From Octopus vulgaris (taxonomy: Eukaryota), in contig OX597823.1 in the NCBI GenBank assembly GCA_951406725.2, positions 36,828,001 through 36,892,000 on the forward strand: DNA of 64,000 bases, read 5' to 3'. Position numbers and translations under genes: made by a program. This document shows positions 14,331-25,764 of the stretch, one piece after another. Numbering within the stretch: position 1 is the first letter of the stretch; each line of letters begins with the position of its first letter. The notes beneath the pieces are model-generated. The model saw only the letters and a program-made list of their open reading frames with translations, did no database searches and was not told where the DNA came from.

Positions 14331-14599
14331 AGTTTAGTGAAACCATGTGGCACCTTAGACAGGTGTCTTTGACTATAGCCCTGGGTTAAGAAATCCTTGT
14401 GAATGGATTTGGCAGACAAAAACTGAGAGGGGCTTATATATTTCTCTGTCTCTTTCTCTCTCTCTCAAATGTGAATGCTTCACACACAGCACACAGCTGT
14501 TCTTGCAGAATCGAAGCCCATTCCTGATGCAGTTTTGCCTTCAGAGCATTGAGTGAAGTATGAGGTGTGCTCGAGACCCTTGTCTGGGTTCAGATTGCG

Positions 14600-15482
14600 G
14601 CTTCTTGAGGGCCATACATCCTTGACTATGAAGGACAGAATGTTTTTCTGAATCCAGGTGTGCCTTGAAAGTGCTCATTTGCCCATGGAAGCAGTTCAGC
14701 TTCCAGAATGTTGTTAATGTATCACTGGGTGTTAATTCTAACACTCGAAAGCACAAAAATGAGGAGAGACATTTCAGTGGCTGTCACAGCTGCCCAAACC
14801 ATAACTGCTGTGAATTTTTATGAGTCTACCCTTGACAGAGCTTGATACACTCCAAAGCTTGTCATTCTGGTGGTTTACTATCTGTTTGATGTCAAATTTC
14901 TTTACATCAGTGAATACCAGACTGGGCAGTATGCCTTCAGCAATCTGACACAGGATAAGATGACTTCACCCCAATCTCATGGCTTTATAAACTTGCATGA
15001 GCTCATGATGGCAGATCTTCTTGTAGGGGTGGGTCCTGAGATCCTCCTTCAGCACTTGATATATCGATATTGAACTTATTTTTGCTGTGGTAGCCAGTCT
15101 TCTGATGGAACGAGGAGGATTTTGCTGTATCTTTTCTTTGGAATTTTTGATAAGCTGAGGGGTCTGCATACTTCTTTTTTGGCCACGTCCAGGTCAATCA
15201 GTGGTGGACCAGTCTCTTGAGATTTCTTGATGATTTTCCAGACTGTTGTTTGGTTAATTTAAGCTTTTTTGCCATAGCTGAATTACCTTCACCTCCTTTG
15301 TGGAAGGTTATGATTGTATTTCGGTCTATAGCTTATTTTTTTTATAAATCTGAATTTGTTTAGTCTGAAACAAAAAGAAGACACTAAGCTTTTATAATGT
15401 TGTATAATTTTCATATCTTATCACATTTGTTGATAATTATTAAAGCTTGAAACTTCAGTTGTCTTAACTTCAGGACAACCTG
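14600..15482 (-). mobile_element. Truncated Tc1/mariner transposon, maT/DD37D-like transposase remnant
   Basis: 5' end TA|CAGGTTGTCC at 15482. Translated pieces KIQQNPPRSIRRLA..ISSISIYQVLKEDLRTHPYK, LVFTDVKKFDIKQIVNHQNDKLW, VMVWAAVT, ILEAELLPWANEHF, with stops and frameshifts; 3' end missing. Confidence 0.85.
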
Positions 15483-15745
15483 TATATGTGTGTGTGTGTG
15501 CGTGCATATGTTTGCATTTCCTTGTCTTCATATTCCTCAATAGTTGTGAAGACATTCTAGAAGCAGTGTTGTTTGGTTCCCATCTCCATATAAACATGTC
15601 CAACCATGTGGAAATATTACCTTGTTTGAAAACAAGTGGGGTTGGTGGCAGGAAGGACATCTGGCTGTAGAAAATCTGCCTCAATGAATCCTGTCTGTCT
15701 CATGCAAGCATGAAAAAGTGAACATGAAGATGGTAATATGCATCA

Positions 15746-15779
<34 letters not shown>

Positions 15780-16278
15780 TTACACATACATACAAACATA
15801 TGTATTAAGCAGACATTGAAGTTTGATAAAGTCCTCTTGCTTGTTGGATACCGTCAAACTGTCCAACCATGCCAGTATAGAAGACAGACACTAAATGGTG
15901 ATGATTGAAATATACATACATACATACATACATACACTCACACACACACACACATACATACATACATACATACATAATGCATACATATATATGTATGTAT
16001 TATATATGAGCGTGTGTGTATTTATAGATACACACACACATATATACATATATATTTGTATTTGAATATACATGTTTTTCCAAGATAAGCTCATAGGAGC
16101 AAAACAGTAGTATTCTTTTTATGATTGACTCTAATTTTTTATCACTTATGTACATAGATATGTGTGAATATGTGTAGTGAGTGTGTGGAGGTGTTTGTAT
16201 AGTCTGTTTGTGTGAATGTGTATATATCTGTGTTGTGTATGTTTATGTGTTTGCATGTATAATTTTTTATTTTCTTAG

Positions 16279-16337
16279 CTGACTATGAACGTTACTCAAG
16301 GGACTACAGTTTCATACTAGAGCTGTTATCAAACTGA
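16279..16337 (+). CDS. Candidate terminal exon (phase 1): xDYERYSRDYSFILELLSN*
   Basis: Strong acceptor ttttttattttcttag|; open in phase 1; retains a CpG. No homology recognised. Confidence 0.28.
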
Positions 16338-16548
16338 AGAAAGCAATGGTTTCTTACTTGCAACAAGAACTAAAATATGCTCTTAAAAAAACATCTATTT
16401 CACATGATTGCAACACACAAATTTGAAAACTGTCTCTCATAATTGAATGTATAATTGACATGGATTACATATGTATGGGTGTGCTTGTGGAAAGTTTGCT
16501 TGCATATCTATTTTGTCTGTGTGTGTCTTCAGCTCTATCTGTATGTGT

Positions 16549-16584
<36 letters not shown>

Positions 16585-16714
16585 ACATGTACAAAGCACT
16601 TGGCCCTTGAGTCACTTTTGTCACTTTCTGCTGATTAAAAATAATAAAAATACATATACATCTTCATGTACTGAGTTCTATTTCTCTTCTTTGTTCTGCA
16701 AACTGCTGTATCTT

Positions 16715-17090
16715 TCATCTTTTACTTGCTTGAGTCATTGGACTTCAGCCATGCTGGGCTCAGCCTTGAAGGTTTAGTCAAAGAAATTGACCACAGTACT
16801 TATTTTTCTTAAGTGTGATATTTATACTATCAACTTTTTTTTGACAAACTGCTAAGTCACAGGGATATAAACAAACCAATACCAGGTGTCAATCAGTGGT
16901 GAGGGACAAAAAACTCCTTACACACACACACACATACATACATACACACACACATATATGCCAGGCTTCTATCAGTTTCCATCTACTAAAGTAAATGACA
17001 AGGCTTTTCTCAGACTGGCACTATAGTGGAAAACACTTGCCCTGGATGCCATGCAGTGGGACTGAACCTGAAATGATGAGGCTGGGAAGG
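16715..17090 (-). mobile_element. SINE family B, CpG-decayed
   Basis: cacttgccc..atgccatgcagtgggactgaacc, internal (CA)n, 3' ttttacttg..tgagtcattggact as in the other copies. Confidence 0.85.
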
Positions 17091-18139
17091 AGACAGTAGA
17101 GAGATTTGTGGGTTGGTGTGGCAAGGAAAACAGAGAAACATGCAAAGTATAAAAGAAAAACATGCAAACTATTAAAAAAATGCATATATACATTGTAGCA
17201 GGAATATTTGGCAACCACAAACAGCTGGAGTCAAAACCAGATTGCTAAGTTTCACAATCAGGATTTGTGTTGGAGATCAGTGATGTCAGCAGTCATTTAG
17301 CCAATCTGATCCCAAGCAGATATCACTGTATCAGCACCAATGCAATTTGCTCAAATACTGATAGCATCATTAAAAAAAAAAACTGACCATTTGGACATCT
17401 GATAACTATTTGGACATATGATTAACACATTATTTTTCATGCCACTTTTTTCTTGGACAGATAAACTATAAATAGAGCTATTTCACAGCTAGCAGGCAGG
17501 GAATCTGTTATGTTGCTAGACATAACCACTCACTTTCCTGCTTTATTATTGCTGTGAATATATTTTCAGTCATTCATTGTCACAACATTTATTTACCCTG
17601 TAGGTGTGTTTCATATTTATGCTTTGTATATTATATAGACCTAGTCACCTGTATAGTGAATCAGGTTATACAGGAATACCCCAGGGTCACACCCAGTGAC
17701 TGGTAACTACTACAAGGAGATGCCTTAGACAGAAGTATTTACAGAAACATCAAATTGCTTGACCAAGTCATGAAAGTTACAGGAAGAGTTTATAGCCCGA
17801 TTAATTAGAAACAGAATTAGACTAGATGAGAGACTGTTTGGTTTTGTATTGGAGAGAAGTACTACTGATACTCATTGTACTTGACAAAACATTGACTTGG
17901 AGAAAGTCCTTTATAGAGTCTCTTGCTCTGTGATATGGTGGTTTCTGAGGAAGCAAAACAGGTGGCTGGTTGGCTGATGAAAGTAGTGTTTCCAAATATT
18001 TCAAATGATGACTTTAGATTTAGTTATTATCTAAATATTCTCTTATGTAAATGTTTTGGTGATATAGATCCAGTAGAAACCTATTTAATAAGGAATCACT
18101 TAATTAGCTCTTTAATCCCTAATTAGGAATTTTCTTCAT

Positions 18140-18495
18140 AGTTCCTATTCAGTTTGTGTGCTTTGGACTGTGGCCATGCTGGGGCACCACCTTGATGGGT
18201 TTAGCCGAACAAATCAACCTCAGTACTTTTTTTTTTAATTTGGTACTTATTATGTTGGTCTCTTTTACCAAACCATTAAGTTACATGGATGTAATCAAAC
18301 CAACACATTGTCAAGCAGTAGTTGGGTCAACCCCCTCCCCACACACACACATCATAAACTTCCACACAGTTTCAATCTACCACATTCACTCACAAGGCAT
18401 TGGTGAGCTATAGCAGAAAACACTTGCCCTAGATGCCATGTGGGACTGAACCTGAAACCATGTGGTTGCAAATTGATCTTCTTAACCACACCATA
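18140..18495 (-). mobile_element. SINE family B, CpG-decayed
   Basis: ggactgtggccatgctgggg...cacttgccc...gggactgaacctgaaaccatgtggttg. Confidence 0.8.
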
Positions 18496-18560
18496 TTTAT
18501 TATCTTGAGGCTTGGTGGTCACCACTAATGCAATTTATTTCCTTTACCAACCATCTTCAG

Positions 18561-18652
18561 GTATTTCTTTCTTGATTAAGAGGAATTTGTTGATGGTTAG
18601 ACACCATTTTAAGAAGTTGGTATGTACATCTTTGGAGCTCTGTTTTGACTGA
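18561..18652 (+). CDS. Candidate terminal exon (phase 1): xISFLIKRNLLMVRHHFKKLVCTSLELCFD*
   Basis: Branch-like cactaat at ~18522, pyrimidine tract and cag| at 18560; 29 sense codons in phase 1, other phases stop within 6 codons. Confidence 0.27.
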
Positions 18653-19139
18653 GTTCTTATGCAGGTAATTTTTTTCATTTCTTTAAGTTAAGATCACGAT
18701 TAAGTTAAGATCACGATTAAAAAAGAAAATCTCATTCTCCGTGAGTATTGCCACATGGAATGGAAAAGGTACAAGAACTCATCTTCAAGACACCTCAAAT
18801 TTATTGAATAGTTTCAGACAATGCTCTGTACTTTGGCTACCAACTACTCTCAGAAATATCTGTAATTGGTTTTTCAATTACATATTCTTCATATAATTCA
18901 TTTAAACCAATATTTTAGTGCTTACAGATGTTAATGGCATCAAAGAATTATTTAAAAATTATGATGCTGGTTTAGATAAGTTTCAATGATTTTGTTATGA
19001 AAGTTGCTTTCCATAGTTGCCATATTTTTCAGAGGAAACAATGACATTTGTATCATAGACAAATCAAGGGAGAAGTTACTTCAATTTGGTGTTTACAGCA
19101 AAGCTCCTCACTGCTAGTCCTTTACTCTTCTCACAAGTT

Positions 19140-19856
19140 TATAGCAATAACCATGAATAATGAGAAAGATTAAGATATTAATTAAATAAATGAGAGACAT
19201 GAGGCAAGGATCTGAATAAAGTGTCTATATACACCTCAATTTATTTTATATTTCAGTCATTAGTTTCAGTACTGAAATAATGCTGAATGATTTAGTTTCT
19301 TGTAATTCCTTGATGTCTAAGACCAACTGAAGAATGTGACCAAGGAGGAAGATATAAACTTCTGATGATTAAACAATTTTCTTCCAAAGCACTTCTACAG
19401 TGACATGGGGTGTTCCTTTCTCCCCCAGATTCTGGAACTAATCTCTACAAATTCCCACTACAGAAGTATTCTGCCAGTAGATAACATCTTGTCACATGGT
19501 ATTACAGCATTTACAATAATAAATATCCACAAATTCAGTCTTTTAACTATTATCCTCTTGACTGGGTCACTGAAATTGCAGTTTATTTTGAGCCTAATAT
19601 TTTCAACATCATATTCCAGTTTTTCTATTAAAAATTTTATTACATTTACCAAATATAGGTTGGACAATATGTAGAAATAAGATTCGTATGAGTTATTTTT
19701 AGCCTTTGATTTTAAGCCTTGTATTTTCTTAAGTTACATTCCACATAAGACAAGTACTGAGGTGTATATAGACACTTTATTCAGATCCTTGCCTCATGTC
19801 TCTCATTTATTTAATTAACACCTTAATCTTTCTCATTATTCATGGTTATTGCTATA
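19140..19856. mobile_element. MITE/foldback element with 99-bp terminal inverted repeats
   Basis: 19140-19238 vs 19758-19856 match 97/99 as reverse complements (TATAGCAATAACCATG...); ~520-bp non-coding interior. Superfamily not assigned. Confidence 0.85.
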
Positions 19857-20219
19857 GAAGTAACATAACATGTGGTGCTTCCTTCTCAAAAATGAAAGGA
19901 ATTTAGAAATATTGGAAAATACTTTTTTTGCCTCTTTGAAGAACCAACCATAATTTAACGTCCAGTTTTCCACGCTTGCATGAGTCAGATGGAATTTGAT
20001 GAAGCCAGATGACTTTCCTCTTGCCAGCCTTCATCTGCAATATAAGGTAATATAAGTAGGGTAATATTTCCTCCTGGCCAGATATATTTTTCCACAGAAG
20101 ACTGGAAACAAACAACATCACTTGAATGGTAGTAATGCTCATTTTCAACCATCACGCGATGTCAAGACAAGGGTACATGCAAATACACACATGCATATAT
20201 ATATATATATATATAAAAT

Positions 20220-20375
20220 GAGATTCTTTCAGTTTCTGTCTACCATAATCCATTCATAATGCTTTGATAGCTCAGGGCTATTGTAGGAGACACTAAAGGT
20301 GCCATGTAGTGGGACTGAACCCAAGACCACATGGTTTGAAAGCTAGCTTCTTGATTACATAGCCATGCTTGTACC
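20220..20375 (-). mobile_element. SINE family B 5' half, decayed
   Basis: ttctttcagtttctgtctacca...gtgccatgtagtgggactgaaccc...cacatggttt. Confidence 0.75.
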
Positions 20376-20413
20376 TATATTCTTTGATATATACTCTACA
20401 TATTTTTGTGCAG

Positions 20414-20439
20414 AATATGGTGGCGGATTAGTTTCATAA
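20414..20439 (+). CDS. Candidate short terminal exon (phase 1): xYGGGLVS*
   Basis: Acceptor tatttttgtgcag|; CpG retained (GGCGGA); AATAAA at 20474; lies near the end of the CpG-depleted domain. Confidence 0.25.
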
Positions 20440-20829
20440 ATAGTTTTTCCTTCTTGCTAAGCTTTTCCCTTTCAATAAATCGTAGCATCAACTTTTACTT
20501 AGCAAGCTGTATAAAAAATTATATTTTGCAACCTGCTACACTTTACACAGTTCTGCAAACAAGATTTTGTTATCTTGAGTTGATCAAACTGGAGAGAGAT
20601 ACCATAACAATGATGACAAACTAGCAATATGAGTGTTATCTATACATTCATCTGTGGTAGTAGGTTGTTCAATTTCCCTTTCTGCCAATTTCACTTCACA
20701 ATAGCACAGTGTTCAAAGATATGGAAGTTAATATTTTCTACTTTTATTAATAAAACCAAATACTCAGACCCATTTATGGTTTAAATGCACTTTTAGTTTT
20801 AGGCATTACTTCTTTAGGGGTGTGAAGGA

Positions 20830-21050
20830 AGCATGCTGGCAGAATCATTAGGATGCTAGACAAAATGCTTCATGACATTTCTTCCAGCTCCTTGCATTCT
20901 TAGTTGAAATTCTTCCAAGGTTGACTTTGCTTTCATCCTTGTCAGAAGTTAATAATAATTGCTAGTTGAGCACTGCAGTTGATATAATCAACTAACCACT
21001 TCCCCACCAAAAAATTGCTGACCTTATGCCATGGCTTTAAAATCATTATC
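20830..21050 (+). mobile_element. SINE family A, CpG-decayed
   Basis: gctggcagaatcattag...aaaatgctt...ggttgactttgctttcatcctt. Confidence 0.8.
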
Positions 21051-21539
21051 TGTTTAGGGGTTTGAAAAAGAAAAACAGGAACAAAAGAAAGAAAATCCCG
21101 CCCTCACCCTCATTCTACTGTGACTTTCTTCTCCTGTCTTGACAACATGAGGTGAACACTAGCAGCAAACTAGCTGGAAAAAGAAAGCAACAGAAAAACC
21201 ATAATATAATAAGCTATTTGTGTTTTAATTAAATTTTATAAAATTATATTTTACCTCATTTTGATTAATTTTCAATTATAAAGGTAACAAACTTCTGAAA
21301 GATAAGATTTTCTCTGTTTTAAGGATATCTGAGGTATTTTCTATAACTTTTATCTTTGATAACATGGTAATAAAACACTTTTTTTAATTAATATAATGTG
21401 GCTTAAGTATACTTGTATAAAATAAACCCTAAACTTTTTAAGGGCAATAAAATTCAATACAACCTTAGTAAGCTTGTATTTACCCAGATTGAAATCCTGT
21501 TATCATCAATTGAACAGAACTTTCTTTAAATGCATCAAA

Positions 21540-21760
21540 CCCTTTTGTTACTCTATTTATTTTGAGATGCTCTGTGTTTCTTTCAATTACTTTAAATATA
21601 ACAAAGAATTTAGTAAAATAACTTAGTTATTATTCAGCTAGTGTTAGGGACATAAATTGTGACTAAGGTTTGGTGGAAGATTTTTAATTCAAAACTTATG
21701 AAAACAAGACATTTGTACTCAGAGCCAGAGCCAGTTTTAGCCAGGTTGGTATCAAAAGGG
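21540..21760. mobile_element. piggyBac-type MITE
   Basis: Ends CCCTTTTGTTAC ... GGTATCAAAAGGG followed by TTAA (21761-21764); left TTAA decayed. A related decayed copy appears at ~2620-2830. Confidence 0.75.
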
Positions 21761-21894
21761 TTAATGGATTATTTTGTTTCATTTTACTAAACTTAATTTG
21801 ACATTAATTCTGTTATATAAAAAATAACTTAATTCAATAGATAATATCAATTAAATTTTTCTTCTGTAGAAAAAAATGTTCCCAGTCTGTGGTT

Positions 21895-23100
21895 CATCAT
21901 CATCACTTAAAGCTCATTTTCCATGCTGGCATAGGTTGAACGGTTTAACCAGAGCTGGCAAGCTGCACCAGACTCTAGTCTGTTGTGGCATAGTTTCTAC
22001 AGCTGGATGTCCTTCCTAATGCCAACCACTTTACAGAGCTTGCTGGATACTTTTACATGGCACTGCACAAGCACTTTACATGGGACTGGCACAAGTGTTT
22101 TTTTATGTGGTACTGGCACAAGACTCTGGCAGGCCAATCCTCTTCACCACTTCTGCTGTGGAACACAGAGCTTCTTGAGTACAGCAAGATGCCAGGCATC
22201 TCGGTTCTTTGTCATCTCGCCTGAAAGGTTCAGTGTCCGGAGGTCATCCTTCAGTACTTTGCCCCATGTCTTCCTGGATCTACTTTGAGAGATCAGTACT
22301 TCTTTGTGGAGCTGTCAGTATCCATCTGCATCACATGACCAAACCAATGCAGTCTTCTCTCTTGTTCACTGCATCTAATTCCTCTTATGCCTAGCTTCTC
22401 TCTCAATACACTGGCATTCTGTTGAACATGGACACTTACAGTATATTACATATCCAACAGAGCATACTAGCCTCATTTCTTTCTAATCTTTGCATGTTCT
22501 CTGCACTCATGGCTAACATCTCACTACCATGTAGAGATGCTGTCCATATACATGCATCATGCATGGCTTAAGGGCTAGGGTATTCGTCTCACAATCATAA
22601 GGTTGTGAGTTCGATTCCTGGTCATGTGTCGTGTCCTTGAGCAAGACACTTTATTTCACGTTGCTCCAGTTCAATCTGCTGCTAAAAATGAGTACCTGTA
22701 TTTCAGAGGGCAAACCATGTCACACTCTGTGTCACGCTGAATCTCCCTGAAAACTATGCTAAGGGTTCACGTATCTGTGGAGTGCTCAGCCACTTGTGTG
22801 TTAATTTCACGAGCAGGCTGTTCCGTTGATCAGATCAACTGGAACCCTCATCGTTGTAAGTGATAGAGTGCCAGTTAAACACGCATCATACAATCTTCCT
22901 TTCAATCAGAGAGAGAAACCTTTTATAGCCAACAGAGGTAACAGCTCTCTGAATTTCCTCCATCCTATTCTTATTCTAGCTATTACACTCTCCGTACATC
23001 CTCCCCCACAACTAATCTGGTCCCCTAGGTAATAGAAATTGTTTACTACCTCGAATGGGCCACCAGGGCATTTGAGAGAATCAATTTCCCAAGTTTTCCA
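21895..23100 (-). mobile_element. 5'-truncated RTE-clade LINE (RT C-terminal region, 3'UTR, (GAT)n tail), interrupted by a SINE
   Basis: Minus translation YLGDQISCGGG, KGRLYDAC|IWTASLHGSEMLAMSAENMQRLERNEASMLCWICN (RTE LxGSETW-type region); tail catcatcatca at ~21895. Confidence 0.85.
22561..22878 (+). mobile_element. SINE family C with 11-bp target-site duplication, nested in the RTE
   Basis: A box tggcttaaggg, B box gagttcgattcc; TSD acatgcatcat (22550-22560) / acacgcatcat (22879-22889). Confidence 0.9.
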
Positions 23101-23149
23101 AGTATTTGCAACTCAACACTGAAAAATAACCCTGAGAAGACTTTTAACC

Positions 23150-25130
23150 TTTCAACTTAGAAAACAATTAAAAGCAACAAATGTATAAAAAAATAAAATG
23201 ATCAAAAGAAAAAAAAGGAAGTAAAGAAAGAAAAAACATCAAAAGTATAAAAGATTAAATTATTAAAAAATTCTTTCAATTTAGAAAAATGTGAGATCAG
23301 ATATCAACTACCAAAAGAGCAACCCTAGAAAAACTCCGACAAGAAAACAAATAAAAAGAGAAAATGTGGGGAATTAAGCAACGAAAGATAGTGGGGAAGA
23401 GAGTAACAAGTTGTATGCGCCAGTTCGAATGATGTGTTCAGTTGCATCTTGCAGACATAATTGCAAAGGCGTTGCTGCAGAGAATGGCCAGAGACACTCA
23501 CTGTAAAAGCCACCTCACCTAGCTGGGCTTATTTCTTAGATGGGCCGCTGTCGTCCCGATTTTGTGGAGGAAATCAGCAGTGCAGGGTCAGAGAACATCT
23601 GAAGTCTCGACAGCGACCGGTACAAACAGATAGCAGCCAGTCAAACTCTGGTATTTGGTTATCTTCCTCTCTTCTGCATTTCGGGCGATGATACCCGGGT
23701 TTGCGGCCAGTGTGGTAAGGTAAGAAGCGGAGAACGTTCCACAGCACGTCACATCACAGATTATGGATTTAACTCCCGCAAATGGAGCGCTTACCATCTC
23801 CGTGATGAAGACCTACTGGCTCCAGCTGTGACGAGAAGTCAGCCACATTGAGTCCCTTTCTGGAGCTGTCATTCACAGTAGCGTGCCAAGGGAACCGGGA
23901 GGGCACCGAACTGAGTCAGGCGCCGCTGTTTGATTGCAAAGCGAAACGTATGCAGGTGATGCAGTGCTGGTCAAAGGAAGTCTTACCTAGAAGTATATTT
24001 GCACTTACTGTCGTCCCAGTTACGTTGGAACATCTATATTCTGGGGGGAAAATGAAGCCTTCAATGATCCAATTGGCCAGAGCTGATTCCAGTTTCCGGG
24101 CCACATCGGGTTTAGCAATCGCGTGGTGTACCTCGCAGATAAGGTTGCAGCTGGAGGAGGCGGAGGAAAGATAAGCAAGCAGCCCCAGGATGAAAGTGGA
24201 ACGGAGGCTGAGGCCACCAAATTTCATGGGTAGTTTTGCCTGTTGCCAGCCGACACTGTCAAAACTAACATAGCAGATCAATTCAGCACAGCGCCGGATG
24301 GCAACATTGTTCTTCAGCTTAGTCAGCTGACTGAGAAGAGAAGATCTCGGGCATGGCGGGGGAGGCCCACACGAAGAAAACAGTTTGTCAGTGTAGTGAC
24401 AGATCGGAGTAAATGTGCTCTCGCTTCGGCTGAGTGTATAGCGAGTTTAAATCTCAGGTGGTTGGGTCGCAGGCCATCTACTCCGATACTACTCTCCCTA
24501 AGGAAAGATCTCAGGGCGGTGATGATCTCATATCATTACTAGACACGGTCAAGGTCGTGTCCCTATTAAGGATTTGGAGATCTCTAATGTATACCGGTGG
24601 GCCAAAATGCTTAAGATAGAGAGTAGCCAGAACATTTAGTATGGGTCTGAGCATTGTGTCGCTTGAGGTCAGCATGCGCACCGCGGCAGAAACGTTGCCC
24701 TCAGTTTGCGATTGACCTGACTCGGAGTCTTTTCGCAATGTAAGAAGAGACCTGCAAGCTGGATGTCGGCGCCAGTGGGCAGCTTGAGAGAAACAAGAGG
24801 CTAGTTGATGAGGGGTAGTTGAAGGAATTGATGTGGCATCTAAGCCTCGAAGCCATGGAGGGAACTGAACCCCTCCTCTGCCATCGAGAACCCAAGAACA
24901 AGCATCGCAAAACTGAATAATTTGTTCCAGTCATGAGGGCTGTTGTTAGCAAGTGTCTAGTCTTTAAACAACGTTAGTGTTTCGGCCACAAAAGCACGAA
25001 CAACCTTGGGGATCCTGATTATGATGATTCTCCGCGACTGCTTGAGGTAGGAATTCATCACCAATATTTCGTCTGAATTGAGCTGGGTTAATTTTCCACC
25101 ATGCAGCACCTGTGTTCGTCTGTAGTGTTG
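23150..25130 (-). mobile_element. CRE-clade non-LTR retrotransposon remnant (REL endonuclease retained, RT core deleted)
   Basis: Ordered motifs EGNVSAAVRMLTSSD, WQQAKLPMKFGGLSLRS, CDVTCCGTFSASY..AEERKITKYQSL..YLFVPVAVET, VSLAILCSNAFAIM*; T-rich 3'UTR. Boundaries approximate. Confidence 0.8.
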
Positions 25131-25214
25131 AGAAAGATATCACTCTATCCTTGGCAGGATTTGAACTCCGAGTGTAAAAAGCCGGAATACTACAAATTTA
25201 TATATCTTTACTTT

Positions 25215-25440
25215 TTTTTTTACTTGCTTCATTCACTGGACCGCAGCTATTCTGGGATAACATCTTGAAGGGTTTAGTTGAACAACTCGACCTAGTACTT
25301 ATCTTTTAAAGCCTGATAATTATTCTATAGTTCCCGTGTGCCTAATCGCTAAGTTACGGGGACATAAACTGATACCGGTTATCAAGCGACGGTGGGAGTG
25401 ACACCAAAAACATAAAGACGCACGCGCACATGCATGCGTG

Positions 25441-25514
<74 letters not shown>

Positions 25515-25675
25515 TTTAATCGCCGGGTTTCTTTCAGTTTCCGTCTACCAAGTCCTCTCACAAGGATTTGATCGGCTGGGGGCTATAGTAGAGGACACTT
25601 GCTCAAGGGGTCACGCAGTGGAACTGAACACGACACCATGTGGCTGGGAAGCAAACCCAGCCATGCCTGCTCCAT
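25215..25675 (-). mobile_element. SINE family B with expanded internal (CA)n
   Basis: ctttcagtttccgtctacca, gacacttgctcaagg, gctaagttacggggac; CpGs largely retained. Confidence 0.85.
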
Positions 25676-25764
25676 ATATGTATGTGTGTGTGTTGATGGG
25701 TAAATATATAGAGATGTATATATATGTATGCATGTATTCTATGTATATATGTATGTATGTGTAT

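Noticed and set aside
22561-22625. tRNA-like A/B boxes (also 7480-7540, 49400-49470, 55580-55650)
   Set aside because: They are SINE heads continuing into shared SINE bodies; no complete cloverleaf.
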